NCBI RefSeq assembly: GCF_032444005.1
Contig: NC_091284.1
Coordinates: 102,052,001-102,116,000, forward strand
Length of the DNA stretch: 64,000 nt
Source of the DNA: Ranitomeya imitator
Lineage: Eukaryota
Reading direction: 5' to 3'
The position numbers and the translations under genes are program-made. Below, one piece after another: positions 22,337 to 34,432 of this stretch. Below the pieces are notes generated by a model. It had not been told where the DNA came from and did not search any database. It saw nothing but the letters and a program-made list of their open reading frames with translations. How positions within the stretch are numbered: position 1 is the stretch's first letter; every line of letters starts with the position of its first letter.

Positions 22337-24300
22337 TTCTAAATGTGATGCAGGAAGTACATCTGTCTCCTTTTTCAAGCAGTCCGTCCTAGAAAAGCCA
22401 CACACTGCTTGTTAGGGATGGCGGATTGCACTAAATTAAAATAAACTATAAAGTGCAATCGCAAATTGGGGTCCACCATGCAGAGATGTAAAACTGATGC
22501 AAGTGTAAAAAATGATGGATAAAAAACTAGCGAACGTTCCTCCTTAAACACACTGAGTTAACTCCACAGTGTGAATGGGACGCAGAAAACCAAACCCAGA
22601 TGCTACTCAGAGATGCACAGGGAGAGGAATACCTACTCAGCTAACCACCGAGAGGTACAAGAACAGTAAATACCAGCTCAGTTAACCACCGAGGGGTACA
22701 GGAAAGGCATGTAGCAGCTCAGCTAACCACCGAGGGTACAGGGAAGGTAAGTTCCAGCTCAGCTAACCACCGAGGGGTACAGGGAAGGTAAGTACCAGCT
22801 CAGCTAACCACCGAGAGGAACAGAACAGTATGAACCAGCTCAGCTTACCACCGAGAGGAACAGGAACAGTAAGTACCAGCTCAGCTAACCACCGAGAGGA
22901 ACAGAACAGTATGAACCAGCTCAGCTTACCACCGAGAGGAACAGGAACAGTAAGTACCAGCTCAGCTAACCACCGAGGGGTACAGGGAAGGAAAGTATCA
23001 GCTCAGCTAACCACCGAGGGGTACAGGGAAGGTAAGTACCAGCTCAGCTAACCACTGAGGGGTACAGGGAAGGAAAGTATCAGCTCAGCTAACCACCGAG
23101 AGGAACAGAACAGTATCAACCAGCTCAGCTTACCACTGAGAGGAACAGGAACAGTAAGTACCAGCTGAGCTAGCCACCGAGGGGTACAAGGAAGAAAAGT
23201 ACCAGCTCAGCTAACTACCGAGGGGTACAGGGAAAATTGGAAGTGTGCAATACCCCGTTAAACCACTGTGAAAGAACACGTGGGTTGAACTTGCTCTGTG
23301 GTGCAATACCCTGTTGACCCCACAGGGAAGTATAGCATACACACAGGATGGAGCAGATCTTCTAAATGTGATGCAGGAAGTACATCTGTCTCCTTTTTCA
23401 AGCAGTCTGTCCTAGAAAAGCCACACACTGCTTGTTAGGGATGGCGGATTGCACTAAATTAAAATAAACTATAAAGTGCAATCGCAAATTGGGGTCCACC
23501 ATGCAGAGATGTAAAACTGATGCAAGTGTAAAAAATGATGGATAAAAAACTAGCGAACGTTCCTCCTTAAACACACTGAGTTAACTCCACAGTGTGAATG
23601 GGACGCAGAAAACCAAACCCAGATGCTACTCAGAGATGCACAGGGAGAGGAATACCTACTCAGCTAACCACCGAGAGGTACAAGAACAGTAAATACCAGC
23701 TCAGTTAACCACCGAGGGGTACAGGAAAGGCATGTAGCAGCTCAGCTAACCACCGAGGGTACAGGGAAGGTAAGTTCCAGCTCAGCTAACCACCGAGGGG
23801 TACAGGGAAGGTAAGTACCAGCTCAGCTAACCACCGAGAGGAACAGAACAGTATGAACCAGCTCAGCTTACCACCGAGAGGAACAGGAACAGTAAGTACC
23901 AGCTCAGCTAACCACCGAGGGGTACAGGGAAGGAAAGTATCAGCTAAGCTAACCACCGAGGGGTACAGGGAAGGTAAGTACCAGCTCAGCTAACCACTGA
24001 GGGGTACAGGGAAGGAAAGTATCAGCTCAGCTAACCACCGAGAGGAACAGAACAGTATCAACCAGCTCAGCTTACCACCGAGAGGAACAGGAACAGTAAG
24101 TACCAGCTGAGATAGCAACCGAGGGGTACAAGGAAGAAAAGTACCAGCTCAGCTAACTACCGAGGGGTACAGGGAAAATTGGAAGTGTGCAATACCCCGT
24201 TAAACCACTGTGAAAGAACACGTGGGTTGAACTTGCTCTGTGGTGCAATACCCTGTTGACCCCACAGGGAAGTATAGCATACACACAGGATGGAGCAGAT
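22337..24300. repeat. Tandem duplication of about 1 kb (22337-23358 and 23360-24300)
   Basis: Near-identical copies at offset 1023 that include about 70 bp of flank outside the LTR. Copy 2 is 81 bp shorter. Confidence 0.92.
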
Positions 24301-24643
24301 AGCAAAAACTCACAGTCAGCAAGAACACACAGCAAACCTCCTCTCCGGAGGAGCCAGAATTCTAATGGCACAGGGCCAGCCCTGAACACTTGCTGACACA
24401 GATCACTGACTTCCCACTGGTAGCTGATACGGTGCAAAACACACAAAATGCATATACAGAGCGGTAGCCTATCCACACACACTAAACACAAGTGACGCTA
24501 GCACGCCTGCGTGCTTTGCTGAAAGCCCTTTATGCACCAGGCTCCACCCCAATCACTCACTCCTAGTCGGACGGGGCGTCATCCATGGGCCAATCCGGAG
24601 CTGCCACATCACCAGAGCAGAAAGCATCCGAGCACCAATAACA
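22410..24643. mobile_element. LTR-like element carrying a minisatellite of about 40 bp, partly duplicated
   Basis: Starts tgttagggatggcgg, like the termini of 43274 and 21805 (reverse). Unit cagctcagctaaccaccgaggggtacagggaaggtaagtac. The right end is uncertain and no TSD was found. Confidence 0.55.
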
Positions 24644-24741
24644 AGACGCCATATCACGAACATGATCAGTAAGGTGATTTCTGGACTTAGACTCCAGAGA
24701 GTGGGGCTGCCTATGTAAACCACTGGTTACCATAGACTTTA

Positions 24742-25126
24742 GGCTACTTTCACACTAGCGTCGGAATCTCCCCGTTTGACGCACTGCACAACGGGTGCAG
24801 CGGATGCATTTCTCCGGCGCATCCGCTGCCCCATTGTGAGGTGCGGGGAGGTGGGGGCGGAGTTCCGGCAGCGCATGCGCGGTCGGAAAAAGTGGTCCGT
24901 CAGGAGCAAAAAACGTTACATTTAACGTTTTTTGCTCCCAGCGGTCCGCCACAACACGGCGCAACCGTCGCACGACGGTTGCGACATGTGGCAAAGCGTC
25001 GCAATGCGTCGCTAATGTTAATCTATGGGGCAAAAACGCATCCTGCAAACAACTTTGCAGGATGCGTTTTTTGCCATAAATGACGCATTGCGACGTCTGG
25101 CAAAAAACGCCAGTGTGAAACTAGCC
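24742..25126. mobile_element. PIF/Harbinger-type MITE
   Basis: TIR ggctactttcacact / agtgtgaaactagcc; TTA TSD; same family as 42447-42862. Confidence 0.88.
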
Positions 25127-26061
25127 TTAGTTGGAGAGCCAGCAGCAACTACATGTACAGGAGCCAGAGCAAGATGTCTGGACCTGAATGGGAGACCAGA
25201 GCAGCAAGTGCCTGCGATACATCCCACACAGCAGGGAAGTCCCAGCCTCTAATACTTCTAGATGGATGCTGCCATCTTTAAAATCATAACAGGGTAAACT
25301 ACATAAAGAGTACCATTTTGCTAAATAAAAGTAGTTAGATTTTTTAAAAATATTTAACAGCTTTTATTTACTTATTTTCTCACATTTCTTGGAGAATCCC
25401 TTTAACATTATACAAAACTCATTTGCATCTTTCTCTTTCCCTTTCCACACAAATATGAAGTCACCGATATATCCTTACTAAATTGATATCTGACTTGACT
25501 TGTGGTACTTGGAGAATATTTACTCCTTTTCAGACCTTTCCATGAAAAGATTTGCATAAAATATGATTACTTTTATACCATGTCAGTGCCAGATATCTGA
25601 TTATATAGATTTTCATTAAATGCAAAATAATTATTTGGCAAAGTGAACAATTAACTGTGATGAATTTCTTCGATATATCGGAAATGCTGGTGTCTTTTTC
25701 TAGTTAGCACTTTGTACACGCAATCCCAAGTTCATGTTCAATAATAGCATAGAGTGATGTCACATCCATTGTGACTAAGCAATATTCATTAAAGGGAACC
25801 TCTCAGCAGTATTGTGTTCAGTAACCTACAGACAGTGTCAGGTCGGCACCTTTATACTGATTAAAATGATACCTCGGTTGATGAAACCCATCTTGTGGTT
25901 ATTGAGTAACTTATATTTTCATAATGATATGCTCACGCTTTGAGGCGGCCTGTGGGGGGTGTTCTTGTGGTGCTTTGCTTAGGTATTCACCAGTATGGCT
26001 TCTGACAGGCCATTGATCCCTCACTGACCTGTCCCCTAGTTTACAAAATGAAAATTATGTA

Positions 26062-27683
26062 CAGTACAGTCCAAAAGTTTGGACACACCTTCTCATTTAA
26101 TGATTTTTCTGTATTTTCATGACTATGAAAATTGTAAATTCACACTGAAGGCATCAAAACTATGAATTAACACATGTGGAATTGTATACTTAACAAAAAA
26201 GTGTGAAACAACTGAAAATATGTCTTATATTCTAGGCTCTTCAAAGTAGCCACCTTTTGCTTTGATGACTGCTTTGCACAGTCTTGGCATTCTCTTAATG
26301 AGCTTCAAGAGGTAGTCACCGGAAATGGTCTTCCAACAATCTTGAAGGAGTTCCCAGAGATGCTTAGTACTTGTTGGCCCTTTTGCCTTCACTCTGCGGT
26401 CCAGCTCACCCCAAACCATCTCGATTGGGTTCAGGTCTGGTGACAGTGGAGGCCAGGTCATCTGGTGTAGCACCCCATAACTCTCCTTCTTGGTCAAATA
26501 ACCCTTACACAACCTGGAGGTGTCTTTGGGGTCCTGTTGAAAAATAAATGATGGTCCAACTAAACGCAAACCGGATGGAATAGCATGCCGCTGCAAGATG
26601 CTGTGGTAGCCATGCTGGTTCAGTATGCCTTCAATTTTGAATAAATCCCCAACAGTGTCACCAGCAAAGCACCCCCACACCATCACACATCCTCCTCCAT
26701 GATTCACGGTGGGAACCAGGCATGAAGAGTCTATCCGTTCACCTTTTCTGCGTTGCAAAAAGACACGGTGTTTGGAACCAAAGATCTCAAATTTGGACTC
26801 ATCAGACCAAAGCACAGATTTCCACTGGTCTAATGTGCATTCCTTGTGTTCTTTAGCCCAAAAAAGTCTCTTCTGCTTGTTGCCTGTCCTTAGCAGTGGT
26901 TTCCTAGCAGCTATTTTACCATGAAGGCCTGCTGCACAAAGTCTCCTCTTAACAGTTGTTGTAGAGATGTGTCTGCTGCTAGAACTCTGTGTGGCATTGA
27001 CCTGGTCTCTAATCTGAACTGCTGTTAACCTGTGATTTCTGAGGCTGGTGACTCGGATAAACTTATCCTCAGAAGCAGAGGTGACTCTTGGTCTTCCTTT
27101 CCTTGGGCAGTCCTCATGTGAGCCAGTTTCTTTGTAGCGCTTGATGGTTTTTGCAACTGCACTTGGGGACACTTTCAAAGATTTCCCAATTTTTCGGACT
27201 GACTGACCTTCATTTCTTAATGTAATGATGGCCACTCTTTTTCTTTACTTAGCTGCTTTTTTCTTGCCATAATACAAATTCTAACAGTCTATTCAGTAGG
27301 ACTATCAGCTGTGTATCCACCAGACTTCTGCACAACACAACTGATGGTCCCAACCCCATTTATAAGGCAAGAACTCCCACTTATTAAACCTGACAGGGCA
27401 CACCTGTGAAGTGAAAACCATTCCCGGAGACTACCTCTTGAAGCTCATCAAGAGAATGCCAAGAGTGTGCAAAGCAGTCATCAAAGCAAAAGGTGGCTAC
27501 TTTGAAGAACCTAGAATATAAAACATATTTTCAGTTGTTTCACACTTTTTTGTTAAGTATATAATTCCACATGTGTTAGTTCATAGTTTTGATGAATCAG
27601 TGTGAATTTACAATTTTCATAGTCATGAAAATACAGAAAAATCTTTAAATGAGAAGGTGTGTCCAAATGTTTTGTCTGTACTG
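26062..27683 (-). mobile_element. Full-length Tc1-superfamily transposon (DD38E/Intruder-like), 1622 bp
   Basis: TA TSD; TIRs of about 200 bp starting cagtacagtccaaaagtttggacacacc; near-complete transposase. Confidence 0.95.
26225..27270 (-). pseudogene. Tc1 transposase pseudogene (N-terminal frameshift; in-frame 6-bp deletion in the catalytic region)
   Basis: ATG at 27268-27270 (MARKKQLSKEK) is out of frame with the 336-aa ORF. Motifs WSDESKF, FQQDPKD (family expectation FQQDNDPKH) and SPDLNPIE. Confidence 0.88.
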
Positions 27684-27928
27684 TATATGGGAAAAAAGAA
27701 AACCTTCTGCAGGCAGACCCCGGTGGTGGCGCCTGCACTGCAGCATAATCGCATATGCAATGTGTTTATAAGTAATTTATTTGCTGTTCTCCTGATATTC
27801 CTAAAAAAAAATTGTTTGAAAATGGCACCGGCCGTGTTTGCGCAGTAGCAGCTATCAGTGATCTGATAGTTACTGCGCAGGTACCGGCGGTGCCATCTTG
27901 CTAGAGAATAAAACAATTTTTCTCCTCT

Positions 27929-28935
27929 GACATTTGTCCATCCAGTTCAGCCTATACTCCGTCAGAATAAATCCCCAGATCTACGTCCTTCTAAAGAACC
28001 TAATAACTGTAAGATACAATATTGTTACACTCCAGGAAGACATCCAGGCCTCTCTTGAACCCCTCGACTGAGTTCGCCATCACCACCTCCTCAGGCAAGG
28101 AATTCCAGATTCTCACTGCCCTAACAGTACTGATTCCTCTTCTATGTTGGTCGAAAAACCTTCTCTCCTCCAGATGCAGAGAATGTCCCCTTGTGACCAT
28201 CACCTTTCTTGGTATAAACAGATCCTCGGAGACATATTTGTATTGTCCCCTTATATACTTATACATGGTTATCAGATAGCCATTCAGTCGTCTTTTTTCT
28301 AGACTAAATAATCCTAATTTTGCTAATCTCTCTGGGTATTGTATTTCCCTCATCCCCTTTATTAATTTTGATGCCCTCCTTTGTACTCGCTCTAGTTCCA
28401 TTATATCCTTTATGAGTACCGGTCCCCAAAACTGTACACAGTACTCCATGTGCAGTCTAACCAGGGATTTGTACAGAGGCAGTATAATGTTCTCATCATG
28501 TGTATCCAGACCTCTTTTAATGTACCCCATGATCCTGTTTGCCTTGGCAGCTGCTGCCTGGCACTGGCTGCTCCAGGTAAGTTTATCATTAACTAGGATC
28601 CCCAAGTCCTTCTCCAGGTCAGATTTACCCAGTGGTTCCCCATTCAGTGTGTAATGTGATATTGATTCCTTCTTCCCATGTGTATAACCTTACATTTATC
28701 ATTGTTAAATCACATCTGCCACCTCTTGGCCCAAGTTTCTAACTTATCCAGATCCATCTGTAGCAGAATATTATCTTCTCTTGTATTGACTGCTTTACAT
28801 AGTTTTGTATCATCTGCAAATATCGATATTTTACTGTGTAAACCTTCTACCAGATCGTTAATAAATATGTTGAAGAGAATAGGTCCCAACACCAACCCTG
28901 CGGTACCCCACTGATCACAGCGACCCAGTTATAGA
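27929..28935 (-). mobile_element. 5'-truncated CR1 LINE (RT C-terminus plus 3'UTR)
   Basis: VLGPILFNIFINDL...FADDTKL and LPLYKSLVRLHMEYCVQFW...LERVQRRASK...LFSLEKRRL...WNSLPEEVV motifs. Confidence 0.93.
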
Positions 28936-31751
28936 ATATACATGCATATGATTTTTCCATTCTGTCTCCCAAAGAATGCAGTAAGGCTCTCGACGCACAT
29001 TTATCCTGCATTCTACACTGAGCTCTTACATTGGGATTTCCATGTAAATCTCTGAAATATGTTATTTAGACAGAATCCCCGGCAGAAGATTCCCTATAAT
29101 GAGACAGATGAAGGCACTGTGGACACCATAGGACCTGTGATCCTGCGGTGTCCGTTTTTTAGGATTCCATAAAGTTTTGTGCACTTCTGAAAATGACAAC
29201 GCCGAACAGAGGCCAGACTCAGTAACTCTGCTAACTCATTATAGTGAAAGGATCCATCAGGGGTTTCATCTGTCACATCACTCAGAGATTTAGATGGAAA
29301 CCCCGATGTAAGTGCTCAGCGTAGAGCACTGGATAAATGTGATCATAAATGTTATGTAAAATGTTCCCATGTTCCCAATAAAAGCTTCAATTCAATCCAC
29401 AAAAAAGCAAGCCTTCGCTCAGGTTCATCATCTGTTAACGGAAATATAGTAGGCTTTGATGTTGCTGGTAGCACAAAGGCTCTGGAAAAGCAAAATGGCT
29501 TCTCGCTCCCCAAAAGAAATTGAACAAATTTTTCGCTCACAAATCCAAATTCCTTACTTCCTTCTGAGTCCTAGTGGGTCTAGACCAGATTTAGTGCCCA
29601 CATGTTTGGCATTCCTGTAATGGTGAGAGCCCGCCTAATTTACATGTGCGTGTCTCCAGAAGCATGAGCTGGGCATAATGCATTGGTCACTACAGTGTAC
29701 TGGTCACTACAATGGCAGTTTGCAATTTTCAATCAGTAACATCCACTGCTGCTTGTTTCTGGAAAGCACCGATGGAGTTAAAATCGTCACTACATCTGTA
29801 GATAAAATCCTAAAGGATTATAATTTCCAAAATAAGGTCACTTGAGGGGGGATTCTGCTCCTCTAGCACTTAGGAGCTCTTTATATGGAATCCGCAAACT
29901 AGTCTAGGAAAATCTGCGCTCCATGATCAAACAATCCATCCCTCTGTCCCTCCAATCTGCAATGTAATATAATAATTCTTCCCTTCTGAGCTTTGCACTG
30001 TGCTTCAAAAGTAGTTTTCCACCAGATATGGGGTATCGGAGAACTTAGGAGAAATTGCACAACACATTTTGGGGTCATACTTCTCCTGTTACTCTTGTGA
30101 AAATACAAAATTTGGAGCTAAAATAGATTTTTGTGGGAAAAATGGGATTTTTCTTTTTATTTTCAGAGCTCAACATTATAAACTTCTGTGAAGCACCTGG
30201 GGGTTCAAGGTGCTCAATACACATCTAGATAAGTTCCCAAATGGGTCTAGTTTTCAAAATGGTGTCACTTGTGGGGAGTTTCCACTGTTTAGGCACATCA
30301 GGGGTTCTCCAAACGGGACATGGCGTACGCTGATTATTCCAGAAAATGTTACATTCAAAAAGTCAAATGACGACCTTCCCTTCAATGCCCTGCCGTACAC
30401 TCAAACAGTTGTTTTCCTCCACATATTGGGTATCTGCGCACTCAGGAGAAATTGCACACGAATTGTGTGAAGCAATTTCTACTGTTATCCTTATGAAAAT
30501 ACAAAATTTGGAGCTAAAAAATATTTATCTGGGAATAATGTGATTTTTTTAATTTTCACGACTCTACATTATAAACTTCTGTGAAGCACCTGGGGGTTCA
30601 AGGTACTCAATACACATCTATATAAGTTCCCTAAGGGGTCTAGTTTCCAAAATGGTGTCACTTGTGGGGAGTTTCCACTGTTTAGTCACATCAGGGGCTC
30701 TCTAAACATGACATGGCATCCGCTAATTATTCCAGCAAAGTTTACATTCAAAAAGTGAAGTGGCTCTCCTTCCCTTCCGAGCCCTGATGTGTGCCAAAAC
30801 AGTGTTTTTTCCCCCCACATATGGGGTATTGGCATGCTCAGGAGAAATTGCACAACAAATTGTATGGTCCATTTTCTCCTGTTACCCTTGCAAAAGTAAA
30901 ACAAAATTAGGTCAAATGGAAAAATTTTGTGAGAGAAAAGTAAATGTTTATTTTTTCCTTCCACATTCCATTAATTCCTTTGAAGCACCTGCAGGGTCAG
31001 TAAACTTCTTGACTGTGGTTTTGAGTACCTTGAGGGGTTCAGTTTTTACAATAGTCTCACTTTTGTATATTTTCTGTCACATAGGCCCCTCAAAGTCACT
31101 TCAAATGTGAGGTGTTTCCTCAGCAAATTTTGTTGTAAAAATGACAAATAGATGGTCAACTTTTAACCTATTTTAACTTCCTTACAAAAAAATTATGCTT
31201 CAAAAATTGTGCTGATGTAAAGTAGACATGTGGGAAACATTTAGTAACTATTTTTTGCGATACGATGCTCTGATTTAACCCCTTTACCCCCAAGGGTGGT
31301 TTGCATGTTAATGATCGGGCGAATTTTTACAATTCTGACCACTGTCCATTTATGAAGTTATAACTCTGGAACCCTTCAACAGAATCTGAGGATTTTGACA
31401 ATGTTTTCTCAAGACATAGTGTACTTCATGTTAATGGTAAAACTTCCTTGACATTACTTGAGTTTATTTGTGAAAAAAAACAGAAATTTCGCAATTTTCC
31501 AACTTTGAATTTTCATGCACTTAAATCACAGAAATATGTCACAAAAATACTTAATAAGTAACATTTCCCACATGTCTACTTTACATAAGCATAATTTTGG
31601 AACCAAATTTTTTTTTGTTAGGGAGTAATAAGGGTAAAAAGTTGACCAGCAATTTCTCATTTTTACAACACCATTTTTTTTAGGGACCACATTACATTTG
31701 AAGTCACTTTGAGGGGTCTATATGATAGAAAATACCCAAGTGTGTCACCAT

Positions 31752-32516
31752 TAGTGTTGAGCATTCCGATACCGCAAGTATCGGGTATCGGCCGATACTT
31801 GCGGTATCGGAATTCCGATACCGAGATCCGATACTTTTGTGATATCGGGTATCGGTATCGGATCAATAGGGATGTGTAAAATAAAGAATTAAAATAAAAA
31901 ATATTGATATGCTCACCTCTCCGGCGGCCCCTGGTCATCATGCTGCTAACCGGGAGGCTTCTTTGTTTAAAATGCGCGCCTTTAGGACCTGGGAATGACG
32001 TCCCGGGTTCTGATTGGTCGCGTGCCGCCCATGTGACCGGCACGCGACCAATCAGAAGCCGCGACGTCATTCTCATTCACAAAAACTCCTAATTCTAGGA
32101 ATTGAGGACCTGCGAATGACATCACGGCTTCTGATTGGTCGCGTGCCGGTCACATGGGCGGCACGCGACCAATCAGAACCCGGGACGTCATTCCCAGGTC
32201 CTAAAGGCGCGCATTTTAAACAAAGAAGCCTCCCGGTTAGCAGCATGATGTCCAGGGGCCGCCGGAGAGGTGAGCATATCAATATTTTTTATTTGAATTC
32301 TTTATTTTACACATCCCTATGGATCCCAGGGCCTGAAGGAGAGTTTCCTCTCCTTCAGACCCTGGGAACCATGAGAATACCTTCCGATACTTGATGTCCC
32401 ATTGACTTGTATTGGTATCGGATATCGGTATCGGCGATATCCGATATTTTTCGGGTATCGGCCGATACTATCCGATACCGATACTTTCTAGTATCGGACG
32501 GTATCGCTCAACACTA
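31752..32516. mobile_element. hAT-type MITE with a near-perfect internal hairpin (arms about 200 bp)
   Basis: TIR tagtgttgagc / gctcaacacta; perfect TSD GTCACCAT; ccgata/tatcgg subterminal repeats. Mirrored ORFs 31904-32092 (+) and 32073-32282 (-) are nearly identical. Confidence 0.92.
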
Positions 32517-32632
32517 GTCACCATTCTAAAAACTGCACCCCTCAAGGTGCTCAAAACCACATTCAAGAAGTTTATTAATCCTTCAGGGGTTTCACAGGAA
32601 TTTTTGGAATGTTTAAAAAAAATGAGTATATA

Positions 32633-33332
32633 CGGTAAGCTGGTTGCTGCTCTGCAAGAACCTGAGACTATTACCCAGGCCTCTGGGCCTCTGAGCCAAG
32701 ATATTATTTGAACTGCCTTATAAGCATATCTATCTGTCTTTTGAACTAAGCAAGGACTTATTCGTGTCAAGTATCCTCAAGAATAATTGTGCTTCATAGA
32801 CTTTCTGCTTGATTACATTCTCCTCTGAAGTTTCCTATAGACTGCTAAGCTGCGTTTAATACTTGCACCAAGTGTTGTGGACTTGAGTTTCTCTCTGCAC
32901 CTGTTTCAACAAATAAGTCCTTGCTTAGTTCAAAACACAGATAGATATGCTTATAAGGCAGTTCAAATAATATCTTGGCTCAGAGGCCTGGGTAATAGTC
33001 TCAGGTTCTTGCAGAGCAGCAAACAGCTTAGATGTCCAGCAAATGCAGATGGAAGTAAACAAGAGCAGCAGATGAAGGAGGATTATTGGTGTATGCAGCA
33101 GGAACTCAGAGCAGAGTAGCAGGATCTCCACACAGATTCACAGGAGCAGGTATAAAGCCAGGAAGTCACCAGAGGTCAGGAGCTGGATGCAAGGCAGAAT
33201 ACTTTAGCACAGACTGAAGGCTGGGGTGGAGTTTTATAACAGGAAGACACAGTGCACATGAGACCAAAGATGCCATCTTGGAAAAGGGCAGTGATGCCCA
33301 AAAGGTGATAAACAATATTCAGAGTCCTGACA
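32633..33332. mobile_element. LTR-like fragment ending ...cctgaca, with an internal inverted repeat of about 130 bp
   Basis: 32645-32765 is the reverse complement of about 32910-33025 (ctgctctgcaagaacctgagactattacccaggcctctg...). Confidence 0.5.
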
Positions 33333-33642
33333 CTAACCCTAATCCCAACCCTAACCACACCCCTAACCCAAACACACCCCTAACCCTAATCCCAACCCCA
33401 ATACACCCCTAACCCCAACAGACCTCTAACCCTACTCCCAACCCTACCCATACCCCAAACCTGACACACCCCTAACCCAACGTTAAACGTAATCCAAACC
33501 CTAACCCCAACTCTAGCCCCAACCCTAACTTTAGCTCCAATCCTAACTTTAGCCCAAACCCTAACCCTAACTTTAGCCCCAACCCTAACTTTAGCCCCAA
33601 CCCTAACCCTAACTTTAGCCCCAACCCTAACTCTAACCCTAA
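33333..33642 (+). repeat. Degenerate telomere-like (CCCTAA)n array inside a transposon
   Basis: ccctaa / cccaa / ctttagc variants visible directly; the array is interstitial. Confidence 0.9.
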
Positions 33643-34432
33643 TGGGAAAATGGAAATAAATACATTTTTTTCTTTTATTTTTTCCCTAACTAAGGTGGTG
33701 ATAATGAGGGGTTTGATTTACTATCTATAGCTGTTTTTTTATAGCGGGGATTTATGCTTGGCAGCTGTCACACACTAAAAGATGCTTTTTATTGCAAAAA
33801 ATATTTTTTGCATTACCACATTTTGAGACCTATAATTTTTCCACATTTTGGTCCACAGAGTCATGTCAGGTCTTGTTTTTTGTGGGACGAGTGGACATTT
33901 TTATTGGTATAATGTTCGGGCACATGACATTTTTTGATCGCTTTTTATTCCGATTTTTGTTAGGCAGAATGACCAAAAACCAGCAATTCGTGAATTTCTT
34001 TTTTTTTGTGGGGGGCGCTTATACCGTTCCGCGTTTTGTAAAACTGTAAAGCAGTTTTATTTTTCGGGTCAGTACGATTACAGCGATACCTCATTTATAT
34101 AATTTTTTCATGTTTTGGCGCTTTTATACAAAACAATTTTATAGAAAAAATTATTTTTACGTTGCTTTATTCTGAGAGCTATAACTTTTTTATATTTTTG
34201 CTGATGAAGCTATGTGGCAGCTTATTTTTTGCGGGACAAGATGACGTTTTCGGCGGTATAATGGTTATTTATAACCGTCTTTTTGATCGCGTGTTATTTC
34301 ACTTTTTGTTCTGCGGTATGATGATAAAGCATTGTTTTTTGCCTGTGTTTTTTTTATGGTGTTCACTGAAGGGGTTAACTAGTGGGACCGTTTTATAGGT
34401 AGGGTTGTTACGGATGCGGCGATACTAAATAT

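Noticed and set aside
22630-24180. Regularly spaced repeats of about 40 bp resembling a CRISPR array
   Set aside because: The inter-repeat segments are themselves recurrent variants, not unique spacers. The context is eukaryotic and there are no cas genes. It is a minisatellite.
33333-33642. Possible chromosome end or telomere fusion site
   Set aside because: The array is degenerate, single-orientation and embedded in a TSD-bounded transposon inside an intron.
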